From Octopus bimaculoides (taxonomy: Eukaryota): a stretch of DNA of 40,786 bases. Below the pieces are notes generated by a model that saw only the letters and a list, made by a program, of their open reading frames with translations, had not been told where the DNA came from and did no database searches. The translations under genes and the position numbers were made by a program. Positions 24,641 through 38,065 of the stretch are shown piece after piece. Position 1 is the first letter of the stretch. Each line of letters opens with the position of its first letter. The stretch covers positions 35,470,848 to 35,511,633 of the forward strand of contig NC_069003.1 in assembly GCF_001194135.2 (NCBI RefSeq), in the 5' to 3' direction.

Positions 24641-24937
24641 ATGGAAATAATTTTTTCTTCATTATTTTTATTTTATTTTGCAATTGAGCAATGTGGTGTG
24701 TTTATTTTAATGTCCCATCAAGATATACAGTGATCTTCTTTATCCTTGGTGTCGGGAAGACACTTTGCAACAAATGGAAACAAAATTGAAAGGAAAAAAT
24801 TCATAATAATAATCGTTCAGAAATACACGCAAATAATGCTTATACATACACACATTCAAACAATACAAGCACACACATACACACACACACGCATATACAT
24901 ATACATATACATATATATATATGGTTGTATATATATG

Positions 24938-24939
<2 letters not shown>

Positions 24940-25030
<91 letters not shown>
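24940..25030. repeat. (TA)n microsatellite
   Basis: Directly visible. Confidence 0.95.
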
Positions 25031-25031
<1 letters not shown>

Positions 25032-25078
25032 CATGGATACATACATAATAGAGAGAGACAATTACACATATGTCGATA

Positions 25079-25200
25079 GGAAACGTAGTGTATGAAGCAA
25101 GAGGTTCTCCATTGGGCTATGTAGGCCAACATGGAAAAAGGAACTTAACTATTGGTACAGTTAAATCAACAGGAATATTTCCAATTTTGTACAGGGATAT
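25079..25200 (+). mobile_element. Possible Penelope-like GIY-YIG endonuclease remnant
   Basis: [23 protein letters not shown] resembles the VVY...YVGQTGR.L GIY-YIG motif pair, but the match is short. Confidence 0.3.
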
Positions 25201-25859
25201 CTTGATTGCCACACTTGTCTATACTAATAAAGAAAATGTTCTCGGTCTAACACTGATAGCAATCTGCTATCATTATTGTTCTGCATCAATGCCCTTTTCC
25301 TCTCCTCTTTCTATAAGATATATTGCTGTTTGTGTTGGTGGTGTTGGTGGTGTGGGTTGTATGGGTGGTGTGGATGATATTAGTGATGCGGTTATTTTGG
25401 AGATGGTTTTGCATGTGAAATGACCCTTATGTTTTAATTAATCATGAAAAAATAAGAAAAAATAGCTTTACCGGATTCACTTTTAGCAGACAGAGATACC
25501 AGCTGAATATGAATGTTACTATGTGTCAAGCATTATTGCCCATTTAAACATCAAACTGAAAATAAAGCCGGACAGGTGTCAGTAGATTTATCAGAATTCG
25601 AAGCTGATATTTTCCACAACAAGCGGTGTCCTGCGAAATAACTATTTTGTATATTTTTGAAACTGACAGCGGCGTCCTTCCTGCCGGAGTGAGTGAACCC
25701 CAGGAGTGGTGAACCCCAGGAGGGGTGAACGCTGCTTTCATTTAATGAATGCTATTAATTCTTTTCAGAACATGACAGTTGTGAATTTCTATTTACTTCC
25801 TGTGAAATATAGGTTTATTGCACTTAGTATTTATAAACAATGAAATTAATATCGATTTG

Positions 25860-26050
25860 TAAGTGGCATAAGGCCATATATATGACACGAAGAGAGGTGA
25901 AATAGAGTCAGCCCAGTACTTAACCTTGAGTTATATTGTCGACAGCGGAAGAAGAAACGTCGATCCCGGTCGTATCTGAACGTGGAACGTAAACAGATTT
26001 AACTAAATACCCCAGTGCATTATGTCACATACTTTTTACCACTTCTTCCA
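25860..26050 (-). mobile_element. Highly degraded OR1/Meta-like SINE
   Basis: cccagtactt...gtcgatcccggtcgtatctgaacgtggaacgtaaa...actaaatac...gcatt follows the order of the family consensus. Confidence 0.5.
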
Positions 26051-26148
26051 ACGAACAAGCCTGAAAGGAATCAATGTCACAAACAGTGAGATCAGTAACT
26101 AGAAAAAACAACAACAATACTAAATCCACTTGTCAATCTGTCTGTCGG

Positions 26149-26226
<78 letters not shown>
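26149..26226. repeat. (CT)n microsatellite
   Basis: Directly visible. Confidence 0.95.
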
Positions 26227-26227
<1 letters not shown>

Positions 26228-26839
26228 TTATATATATATATGAATGTGTGTGTATGTATGTATATGCTGTAAAGGTTTCATTGATTAATAAGGATGAAAG
26301 CGGTATTACACCATCGCATCAAAATCTTGGATTCTCTCTCCCTGGAAGTGAATTTAATTCTAATTCCTGTTGATTGGTTTCAGATTATCACAGAATAGCC
26401 GTGCAAGCCTGTAATCAAAAACATGCTGGCCTTCATTATTCCCTCTATCGAAAGGTATTTAGATATATATTATGAAACGTTTGCTTTCTTTAAGACTGTA
26501 GAACATAATTCGACTGAGATTTGGCTGCTATATCTAGCGTGTCCCGCGAACGCGTACAAGAAGCTGGCTCATTCGGTAGCTCATTAAAAGCTAATGTACA
26601 GCAATGGCCGCTGCATCTCAAACATAGGTAAACGAATGTTAAATAAACACTGTAATTTCTGGTATTTCTACATCACATACTGCTGATCGCATATCAACAT
26701 CAAAATCACGCTACCCTCCATTTTCATGTCTATTTATCTTCATTATCTCACATTTATGCCTGATCCTGCCCACTAAAGATGTGCTTTATTACGTGTGTTT
26801 GGATTTCCTTGTCTGTATACTTATATGTGTGTGTGTTTC

Positions 26840-26878
<39 letters not shown>

Positions 26879-26944
26879 ACAAGTCAGCATGTTTGCATGA
26901 ATTTCGACGTACGAATGTATCCTGTCTTGTGCGCGAGCAACTGC

Positions 26945-27025
26945 GTCGACCAGTGGAGCACTGAAGTTGATGTAATCGACTAACCCCATCCCCAAACTTC
27001 TGACCTTATGCCTATAGGAGAAAGA

Positions 27026-27026
<1 letters not shown>
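26945..27026 (+). mobile_element. SINE 3' tail running into (ACT)n
   Basis: accagtggagcactgaagttgatgtaatcgactaaccccatccccaaacttctgaccttatgcctataggagaaag is the reverse complement of the tail seen at 12112-12180. Confidence 0.6.

Positions 27027-27082
<56 letters not shown>
27027..27082. repeat. (ACT)n microsatellite
   Basis: Directly visible. Confidence 0.95.
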
Positions 27083-27083
<1 letters not shown>

Positions 27084-27299
27084 ACTTTTATGTTTAATTC
27101 TAATCATTGAATTTTTATTATTGTCTTTTCGATACGCCTTTTTGATTCTTGTTGTTTTTATCTCATTTGCATATGATATATAAAGATATGGGTGGCCACG
27201 TCAGAATTAATATCATTCCTGTTGAATAATGGATAAGATCGAAAAGGTTGACTTCATCTGTACAGCGAATATTCACATAAAATATAGTTGTGTGCCTGT

Positions 27300-27363
<64 letters not shown>

Positions 27364-27688
27364 ATGACTGCGTGTCTATAAATATATATATATATATATT
27401 ATATACATGTGTGTACACATACGCACTCACACACATATATACTCATACCGAACGTATGTTCCGGGGATCTGATGAATTAGATCTCTTTGCTCCTTTATTC
27501 GCATTAATTTGTGAATATACAATTGTATAATGCTGAGCATATATTCTGGTGCACAATGTACGCTTAACTTTCGCAAACTGAAATTTATACAACAAGAAAA
27601 AGGTTAAGAAACGTCTGTAATCATAAAGAAGTCATACAGAAAAATATATATATTTTCATCTCTCAGACATCCTGACTATATATATGAC

Positions 27689-28600
27689 AGCGAAAAACCT
27701 CTCCTCAAAGAGGCGCTTCTAGAGATCGAAAATAAACTCAAACTCTTCCTTGAAAAAGAAAGAGTAGAAAGCGAAACCAGGGCGGTGGAAAATACAAAAA
27801 TAAATCCCAAAGCCTTCTAGACGTTTGCGAAAGAGTCTGCCTCGGTGCATTACAAGATAAGACCAATGTTTGAAGAAAACGGCTCGCTAACTGGAGACCA
27901 CAAGAGGATAAATGAAATGCTAAACAAACAATTCCAGAGTGCTTTCACTTCTCCACTGGGAAACATGCAAATAAGCGAGCTTAAAGAGTTTTTCAACACT
28001 GCGGAGCTACACGAGGAAGAAGCGACTATCGATTACATAGACATAAGAGAGAAAGATGTAATATCGGCCATTGATGAGATGAGCTCAAACTCAGCAACGG
28101 ACCCGGATGGATTTCCGGCTGTTCTCCTGAAAACTTGCAAAATAGCTCTCGCAAATCCATTGCAGATATTTATTCAGAGTTTCCTTGCATGTTGAAAACT
28201 TTCAAACTGTTAGAGAAAGGTATCATATGTCCTGTCCAGAAAGGAGGAAGCAAAGCAGATGCTAAAAATTACAGACCCATCTCTCTGACTTCACATGTTA
28301 GCAAGGTCATGGAACGCATCGTCAATAGACTGATCATGTTGCTGGAAGAGAATAACTTGTTCACAAATACACAGCATGGTTTCTGCCTCACATGCCACTG
28401 CAACATTACAACAGAGTGCTGAACGACTCGTATGTGGACGTGATATATCTCGACTTTGCCAAGGCCTTTGACAAAGTTATCATGGGATGATATTTTAGAA
28501 ACTACACGACCTTGGTGTCACTGGAAAATTGAGAGAGAGGCTGCACGACTTTTATTAAAAGACATAAGTAAGACAGTTAAAGCCAATGGTGCTCCCTCTG
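27689..28600 (+). mobile_element. CR1-group LINE ORF2 remnant (pre-RT linker and N-terminal RT), with stops and frameshifts
   Basis: KINPKAF*TFAK; EMLNKQFQSAFT; SATDPDGFPAVLLK; KGGSKADAKNYRPISLTSHVSKVMERIV; QHGF; VDVIYLDFAKAFDKV (28446-28478). Confidence 0.92.
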
Positions 28601-29126
28601 GGAAGAGATCAATCCACAGCGTACCTATTTTAAATAACATTAGCCATGTGAATTGACGCATTTTCTTTCTGGAAGATTATGTTAACATCAAGGAATGATT
28701 CCCTGAAATGGGGAAAAAGGGTGAAAGACGATTCATCTGAAAAGATGACAATGTTCTATTGAGACATTGACCACTTGTGTTAGTCTGGACACCCTTTTCC
28801 GCTTATCAAATCTCATGGTAGGCAGGAGAGTTTTAACAACTGTCGCCCCACACCATAATATCCAGTAAGGGGATGGTTGTGTTCTGTTGTCACTTTTTAT
28901 GCCACTGTGAAAAGTTTTCTAGATACATTTCGCTATTTTGCTTTACAACGGAATCTTTCTTGCAACAACATAAACAGAACTCCACAACAAAGGTATCAAA
29001 CGTTAATCTTACCTTCGTGAAGTTACTGAAAATATACAGTACAACAGATCCGGCTTCAAGGCTTGTGCAGTGGAGACCATAAACAGTTCTGCATATCCTG
29101 TAAAGTATTTTCAGCGCGCTGATATT

Positions 29127-29164
<38 letters not shown>

Positions 29165-31039
29165 NNNNNNNNNNNNNNNNNNNNNNNNNNNNNNNNNNNN
29201 NNNNNNNNNNNNNNNNNNNNNNNNNNNNNNNNNNNNNNNNNNNNNNNNNNNNNNNNNNNNNNNNNNNNNNNNNNNNNNNNNNNNNNNNNNNNNNNNNNNN
29301 NNNNNNNNNNNNNNNNNNNNNNNNNNNNNNNNNNNNNNNNNNNNNNNNNNNNNNNNNNNNNNNNNNNNNNNNNNNNNNNNNNNNNNNNNNNNNNNNNNNN
29401 NNNNNNNNNNNNNNNNNNNNNNNNNNNNNNNNNNNNNNNNNNNNNNNNNNNNNNNNNNNNNNNNNNNNNNNNNNNNNNNNNNNNNNNNNNNNNNNNNNNN
29501 NNNNNNNNNNTTTATGAACATAATCTCTTCCAAGCCACACCCAAACTCCACATAAAGGCATGAAACGATGTTTTAGTTATCCAGCCATCTATAGCAAATA
29601 CATAATTTTAAATGCATATGTGTATATGTGCATGCGCTTGTGTATGTGGGCATGCGTATGTCTGTTTTGTTTTTGGTTGTGTGCGTATGCAAGTGTGTGT
29701 GTTTGCTCCTATTTTCCTTTATTTATTTTTCTATCAATCCATGTTATGTTTCAGCAAAAATGTAAGAAATATTATTTTCTCTGTTGAACAAGGAAAGTTG
29801 CAAACTACGTGAAATTCATACGTGGACATTAACGAATCGTTTGTTCGCGCTCTGCCAGCTTCTTCTAAGTGCGGTGCGTGTTCTGCTCGTGGTTTGTTCA
29901 AATTTCTGCAGAAAAACCGTTCGTTAATCAATTTCTTCTCTTAGAGAACCGTTCATACACACACATACACACACACACACACACACGCATTTCTTCTCTT
30001 AAAGAAGCGTGTATATATGTATATATGTGCATGTATGTGTATGCATGTATATATAAAACAAACATGCATGCATACATGCATACAACGTACATACATACAT
30101 GCATACATATACACATATCAAGTTGCGTCAAGGTGTACTAATCTGAGAATAGCCTGACGCTAAACAGCAGCAACAACAAAGCCTATGCAGTTTGCCAATC
30201 TTTATCATCAATTACTAATAACAACGTTGTAATTCGTTATGTAAAACAAAACTCATTCGAAACAATTTTTAAACCGAGGTAACTTAAATGTTGGAGGAAT
30301 TGCCTCATGACATTGCTTTAAATTATCAACATTTTACTAGAATAATACTGCATGAGACGCTTTCTATTAGACTATAATTGCTTTTCATATCTTTAGAATC
30401 TTCTCGAAGTTGTTATTCCTAAATTTCTTCAATACAGAAGTTAACTTATTTAATTACGAAAGCAGACTTTCTTTGCTATGTAATATCTAATGTGATCTTC
30501 GATTCTTTATGGCCATCAGTTTATTAATTCTGTAAATCACTCTAGTCTCAATAATTGTCAGAACAATTTATAAATTTTCGAAAGTTTTCTTAGTGCCGGC
30601 CTTATTTTAAAACTTCCATAAATTCTTTGTCTTATTAAATCAATATGTGCTGGACTACAACATGTAATAAAACATACTTACTAACAAGAATAAGGACTCT
30701 GCACTCGGCATTCTTGTTTTATGTATTTGACTAGGGGAGGGGAACTTTAAAAGACTCTACACACTTACTTGGGAATATTATTTTAGATTTCTCACTTGAG
30801 ATTAGTTTCTATTTGTAATCATTACCAGCGGAGATTTGTTCCCCACCGCCTTTCCTTTCATTTATTTCTATATTTATTTCTATATTTCATCTCTATCGTT
30901 ACACTTCAAAACATTTTGGAGTAGCATCAGATAATTCTTTACTACAGACAGTGTTTTAGTACGAACTGTAATCTGTAATTAATAGTGTTGGTACGATTGA
31001 AATAAACACTACCCACTAGCCCGTAACAACACACGGGCG

Positions 31040-31068
31040 TGCACGCACGTACGCACACGCACACACAT

Positions 31069-31142
<74 letters not shown>

Positions 31143-31148
31143 AGAGAG
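31040..31148. repeat. (CACG)/(CA)n microsatellite
   Basis: Directly visible. Confidence 0.95.
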
Positions 31149-31489
31149 TTTAGTCTAAAATAAAGAAAACTTAACATAATTTATGAAATGGAAAGAACTA
31201 CTCTGGATATCAAAATCTTGTATAGTTTTGAGGTAACACAACTTGATATTAAAGATCGTTTATATTCGTTTATAATTCTTTTTTTATTTTGCCAACACTA
31301 ACTACGTTTTAAAAGTTAGAAGCAGTCGTATGTTGGATAAATGACTGTATCCCTCGTCAGTTATTTTGTTATTTACCTCGTCGATATCCCGAAATAATAG
31401 AAATACAATCACACATCAAGCAAGCGAGCGACGAAAAAATATAGAGGTACTTCTTAAAGCACAAGCAATTACCTTTTGTTTCTTTGCAG

Positions 31490-31503
31490 TTAGTCACATT
31501 ACG
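31490..31503 (+). CDS. Putative microexon E8 (14 nt; 10 nt from 31494)
   Basis: accttttgtttctttgcag|TTAGTCACATTACG|gtgagt. Confidence 0.5.
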
Positions 31504-33376
31504 GTGAGTGTAATTGACATGCCAACACATGTATACAATGAAAACAAAAGGTGTCCCGATGTAGCCAGTTTTATCAAAGCTTCAAGAACTGGTAGCATTT
31601 TGATAATAAATAAAATTAACAAAAAGCTAAACCTCTCTCGAAATTAGCTTTAAGATGTAACGCCTCCAAAGGTTAGACGGCTCATTATGTTTAGTTATAT
31701 ATTGTTTCTATTTGGTTTTCGTTCCCATCTTAAATGACAATTGCTTTTGTTTCTTGAAATAGCTTGGGTGCATTTAAGAAGGTGGTAGTAATTCTTCTGC
31801 TCGGAACATAAAAGCAACTAGCAATTTAAACTCTTCCTTACCAACTCTGCCAATACTTATGTCGGTTAAAGGTATGATCTTTTATTTATTCTTTTCTGAT
31901 AAACAAATATACCGCATAAATAGTCTGAGATGGGTATTGATAAAATGATATAGTTTACATAATGGTGATATATATCTTTATAGTGTATGTACCAGAGGCA
32001 CGAAGTAGTTATTTGTATTTTTTATAATATAATCACATTTCTCTTTTTTTTTACACAGAATAAAGCTTGGTGCTGAAAGAGATATAAAAGGCAGTTTATC
32101 ATGAATGTATATTCGAAACTTTAAGGTTGTCTTGTCAGTTTAAACACATTTGAATCGCTATCAAATATTTATATTTGTCAAAATTCCAGTACTTCTCGAG
32201 TGGTACAGGCTGCTTACTTTCAATTCTATTATATCGATATATTGTTTGATTCAAGTTAAATTAATTTCTAAATATATCTCTCGTGCTGAGTGAGACATGT
32301 TGGAGTTTTCCTTTTCGTTTTCTTGTGTCTTATTTTACTTACACTAACCCTCTAATTTTCAATCTAGTTAACATAGATTGGTAATAGCTATTTTCACTTG
32401 TATTTAGTAACTAATAGAAACCAAACTTTTACGAATATACAATCTCAGTTTAAAATCTTGTCGCTATTTTGTCTTGTACTCCAGTGGATGCGGAGAGCAA
32501 AGTCTTTTCTTCAAAGAAAATAATATTTGAGCTCACAGTCAATCCTTGATTTACTTTAGCTGTTGCTAAAATAATAGTCAACCGTCTACTTTTAAATATA
32601 AGCTACTCCACTAAGAAATCATTGTTTTAAAGATCTCTGATTATTAAATTTATTAGTGGATTCATGAATTTCACAAATATTTCTCTGGTTATTAAACAAA
32701 TAAAATTTGAGACAAAAGACGAAGTTAAAATTTTACGAAGCAATTTCTCTGACAATAACCTTTATTACAGTTTACATTTTAATATTTTTGTTAGATGTCT
32801 TTGTAATAGTAACATTTCTTTTTAATAGTAACATTAAACTTAATTGGAATACATCAGTTTACTATCTCAACAGCTGATTGAACCATATTTGTGATACTTT
32901 ATTGTCATACTATTAACAGACCTGTTCGTGGTGGATAACTTGTTTTGTGTTAGTTGGACATTTTACGTTACGACTTTAAGTCAGGCGGTGGTTGACTGTG
33001 TATTTACCAAGAAATATTGTTCCAAATTGCTTTACATATACCACTGTTGTTTTGAGAAAGACATGGCTGTTCCAGAATCTAATTTATCTTTTTACAAAGT
33101 ACATACATTTTTGCTAACAATAGGTTAAGTAATATTTTACGTATTCGGTTAACAATTCATATCTTCTGGAAGATTGTCATTGTGTTTATAGGGAAAGATT
33201 CACGACGTCTTGGTACATAGTTTCGACGTTGCTATTCCTATTCATTTTTGTGATTAATTCCCCAGAAAAAAATCTCATTTAATCATAGGCTATCTACCAA
33301 GTTTCCACGATAACCCGTGACTCCAGCCTACATCTGATAGCTAGAACACTGCTTATAAACAAAACTAATGTTTCAG

Positions 33377-33384
33377 TACGAATG
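33377..33384 (+). other. Candidate optional microexon E9 (8 nt)
   Basis: actaatgtttcag|TACGAATG|gtcagt. The pyrimidine tract is short. Confidence 0.2.
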
Positions 33385-34079
33385 GTCAGTACGAGAGTTC
33401 CAGCAACAGAGTTTCCTGATGATTTTCGTCGTTAGCTGAGACAATTACTTGCAAGAAAGAACAGAACTACAGTTTTAAAATTCCAAAAGAGTTCGTTGTC
33501 TTTGGAATAAATATTTGTTTGAAATTTTACAAAATCTTTTTAAAATATATAAAAATGGACGGAAGAAATTTGAGAATTGTATATATATGAAACATTTTTG
33601 GTGCTTGTTTCAAATATTTTCTATTTATTAAGAACAGACGTTACAATAGATCCTATTTCCAAACTTTATATAATTTATCAGAATTATGTAAATTATAAAT
33701 TTCATCAGAACACTCTTATTCACTTACATTGTTTAATATATGTATAGGATAAGATTCAGATTTTGATATTTTCTATGGAAGTCAATGCGGAAAATTACAT
33801 ATATGTTATTAATAAAGGTGTGAAAAACTAAGAGAATGCGAAGTATTAGATTAAATTCTTTGTTAGATAAACAAAAATACTCAGAAACTTTTCTAGAAAA
33901 ACACAGGGAATCAAATAATTTTTAGAGAGTTTGTAATATTTCGAGGATCATTAAATGTTCTCTTGATTCTGACACAATTATAAATAATTTCTTTTTAATT
34001 AAAACAAATAGTGCTATGAATGTTAAAATACAATCGAGTCAGCGAGTCGTTTAAAGTTTACTCTTTCATTTAATGATTA

Positions 34080-34170
34080 TTTCTAATTTTGGAACCAGGC
34101 AGCAGTTTTTAGGTGGGAGAGGGGAAAATTTAATCCAGTCTTTGTTTGTTACTTTACTTTAACGTTGCCA
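34080..34170 (-). mobile_element. SINE tail remnant
   Basis: ttctaattttggaaccaggcagcagtttttaggtgggagagggg resembles the family tail. Confidence 0.4.
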
Positions 34171-34639
34171 AGATGTATTAACAATATAATAAGCGTGAGT
34201 TCTATCAAGTATTGTCTGCAATAAACTCGCAGTACATTTTGCATTATTCTTGTAGCTTTCAGAAAAGTATGGGTGTTTCTGCTGTTCATTTTCCTATCAT
34301 TTTCGTTCGATAGCTTTGTGGTCATCAATATGCTGGAAATTATAGTCATTTGAACATTCAAGGCTCTCTCATTAGGTTAAGTGTTAAAAGTATTTGATTG
34401 TTTTCTAAAAAATGCGTATCAAGAACTTTATAGTTGAGAAGATATTTTCTCATCTATAGTATGTTATTTAATCTCTTCATTGTTTACCATAAGAAACTTG
34501 ACATGGTTTTATCAGCGAAATATTTTCTGGAATGATCTTTCTATAGGAAAGATACCGTTACCAGAGAACATAAGACGTATTTCTATTATCTCAAAACACA
34601 TAGGAAAATATGGAATTTTATTGGAATATTGATAGAGTC

Positions 34640-34760
34640 AACTCGTGTACGAAGTTTGCTGTTTAGAATACTAGTCTCTGCGTCATTATTCTTTGCTCGA
34701 TTCAGATGAGGATCAACTTTTGCCTTTCGTCCAGCGTGTCTAGCAAATCAATACGTTTCG
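34640..34760 (+). mobile_element. Degraded OR1/Meta-like SINE head and core
   Basis: gctcgattcagatgaggatcaacttttgcctttcgtcc matches gttcaaattccgccgaggtcgactttgcctttcatcc. Confidence 0.5.
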
Positions 34761-34868
34761 ATAAAGAATGAATTCTCTATATTTATACCTGAAGGTGTCA
34801 TAAAGCTCGTAACATTGTACAGACTTCAAATAACATTCATTTTATACTCATTCAGCATTATATATACC

Positions 34869-34901
<33 letters not shown>

Positions 34902-34906
34902 GGAGA

Positions 34907-34961
<55 letters not shown>

Positions 34962-35274
34962 TCCGAATGTTCATTTTGTATTTTCTATATTTTAGGTCTC
35001 AAACAGTTGAACAAGATTGGAAAATACCAAACGAAAATTTTGTTGCTGAATTATCAACTTTCTGCCTTTAATAACTAAGCTAGTATGATTAGAATATGCA
35101 AGTACTTTTTGCAATTTCTTTTCAAAATAAATGAAAAGACCTCATTGATTTGAAGCAAAATATATTACCGAATTCAAACCAACCAATCATCAGTGGAAAC
35201 AAAAGTGACGGAACATACAGATACTACATTGTTTTACTGTTTAATGAGTACCTTTTGGCACGAAAAGTGTGAAT

Positions 35275-35277
<3 letters not shown>

Positions 35278-35322
<45 letters not shown>
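35278..35322. repeat. (AAT)n microsatellite
   Basis: Directly visible. Confidence 0.95.
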
Positions 35323-35323
<1 letters not shown>

Positions 35324-35489
35324 TATATGAAAGAGATAGATAGAGAGGTAGATGGCTAGATAGCTAGCTAAACAGCTAGCTATAGACATAGTGATATATA
35401 TATATATCTATATATATATCATTATGTCTATAGCTAATACACAGAATTACATATATACCCATACACACACATAATATTTACATACTGAC

Positions 35490-35561
<72 letters not shown>

Positions 35562-35671
35562 AGACTCTGACAGTGGATCAGATAGAGTATCAGCAAAAGA
35601 ATTACGTAACTTCTGAATAAATAGCTGTTATATATAAAGTTAAAAATACCTACAGACACACGCACATACAC

Positions 35672-35711
<40 letters not shown>

Positions 35712-36210
35712 TTATATATATGTATATATATAAAATCTGTATATCAGCAAATATTTATACAAACGAATGTTCGAATGTTTGTAGAAGATTTTATAATGTT
35801 TAGAATATTTTTCTCATAGTAACATAGTATTACAAACGAAAACTAATTTATTAGCGTAAACTTAATCTGTAGATTTTGATCTCGAAAATATTTGAAGTTT
35901 GACTATCAGAAAAGAATTTCTCCGCTAAACATTAAAACTAACAAGCTGTACTTGAAATAATACAGCCTATATAACAAATTAAAAAGATAAAAACAATGTA
36001 TGTTGAAATTTTATCAATTAATCCGAATACTAGCCATTATTTATGTACAATTACGATTGTCTTGTACGGTAGGTATGTATTAAACTGAAAAGGAAGAAAA
36101 GAAAGAAGTTAACTATGGTTTGGCTAACATATAACGTGGTCTTCATTGGCCAATAGAATGTTAGTTTTCCCCCCGTACTATAGTCTTCAGTTATGTCTCA
36201 TTCTCTCATT

Positions 36211-36560
36211 CACTCACCAGCAGGCGCTATGTGATAATGGCAGCTCTAGCTTCAGCAGTGATTGACTGCTAAACTTCAAGCGAGTGGGCGGCTACTTTAC
36301 CAGGCTTACAACCAGAGGAGAGATCCATGACATGCGCACGCGCACGACATTCTACACGCATAAAAACACACACTCTCTCTCTCTCAGATACACACTCACA
36401 CACAAGCGCGCGCAGTCATTCAATTGAAGGAATCATACACAAACTTGCCCTTAAAAAATAAAATGACAATCCAATAGTTTTCTGTACATACAAACTGGAA
36501 CAACAATGAGAAAACGAAAATGATTTCATTTCTGGTCACCGATTGGCCTATTGGCGAGAG
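36211..36560 (-). promoter_or_regulatory. Candidate promoter and non-coding first exon on the minus strand
   Basis: Locally GC-richer. Minus-strand donor CTG|gtgagtg at 36218/36217, NRF1-like tgcgcacgcgca at 36333-36344, and CCAAT/ATTGG at 36471, 36542 and 36550. Confidence 0.3.
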
Positions 36561-37393
36561 TTGGGTGTTCTAACTATTGCTAGAAACTCAGATAAAACAA
36601 ATCAAAGCAAAAAATAAAAACAATTATTTAACAATGGTGCTTTCAACATCCCCCCACCCTCATCCCGAAAATATGTCAGTCCACCACCGCCACTATCATT
36701 AAAAGACCTCCACTTACAGACAACAACAGCAATGAGAAATCCCTAAAATTCAAATCCAGGAAATGGGGAATAAAATGTATTGAGTAGGAGAGTAAAAAGG
36801 TCGAAATATCGATTCATCAATTGGAACGTTTTATTGTGTTGTTAGTTATGTGTTGAATCTTGAATGGAGGAAATTGTCGACTTCATGGAAACTTTTTCAA
36901 AAGCATTTTTACATAGGGACATAATAAATAATATGTATCGAAAATATTTATTTCCTCGCTAGTATTCCGATGAACTAAAAGGGGGTGGGTTAATTGAGTT
37001 ATAAGATATAAAAGAAAATCTTAGGATTTGTTTACAATGATTTATAAGATGCCATTGACTTTGTACGGCTGCTGAATGCACTAATAACCATAATAACGAT
37101 TTCTTTTAAGAACAATGTTTCCTTAAAATAGTAATTAATAAAATAATTAATAATAAAATTACACACACACACATGCACACAAACACATAATATATAAAAG
37201 TTAATAAGGAAATCCATACAATTTATATAGAAAAATAGATGGTATTATTTTTAATATTTTTAACTATTAAAAATAATTCTTAGGCTTTAGTGTGTGTGTT
37301 ATATATATATGTACAGATACACAAACAAAGATACAACCAGAGATATATGCATACCAATACGTTAGCATAATACATATACACGTATATATATAT

Positions 37394-37424
<31 letters not shown>

Positions 37425-38065
37425 ATGTAAACACACACATATACGTACATATAAACAAATATATACATATATTCACATATTTATAGATCCAGAAATCTAT
37501 CTATCACTCTGTCTCTCTCTATACACACACACATTGTATATATGCATATATCAACACACTAATGTATAAAGACACACACATATGCATGCATATGAAATTG
37601 TTAGTAAAAACTAATGCTTTATGAATATTAAAAATATTAGTGTAAACGTAAGTGTATCTTGTATTTGCGTCCAAATATTTCCGAGTAGCAGACAACACAT
37701 TGCTTTTCCATAAAACAATCTGAATATTATCAGTCCAGCTGAACTGTTCTTCCTGAAACAGTCCGGTCTGTCATATTCATATCCATATATTTATTTGTTA
37801 TTGATATCACATAAACTTTGAGTCTGAGCAACTCTCCTTTAGTTTTTAAAATATTATACACAAAAGCATAAATAAAACCAAATACTAAACCCCCTTCATT
37901 CTTCGTCTCTCTCTCCCCCGTCCGCCAAATTTATAGACTTATGTGACTTGCAGCAGTAGTAGCAACAACAGCAACACGTGTATAGAGACATACATGAAAC
38001 ACGTTGCACAAACATGCGATTTCAAACTATATTAGTGGGTCTTTATTTCTACTTGATGTTTCCAG

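Noticed and set aside
25693-25730. CRISPR-like repeat array
   Set aside because: The repeats abut without unique spacers, and the context is eukaryotic with no cas genes.
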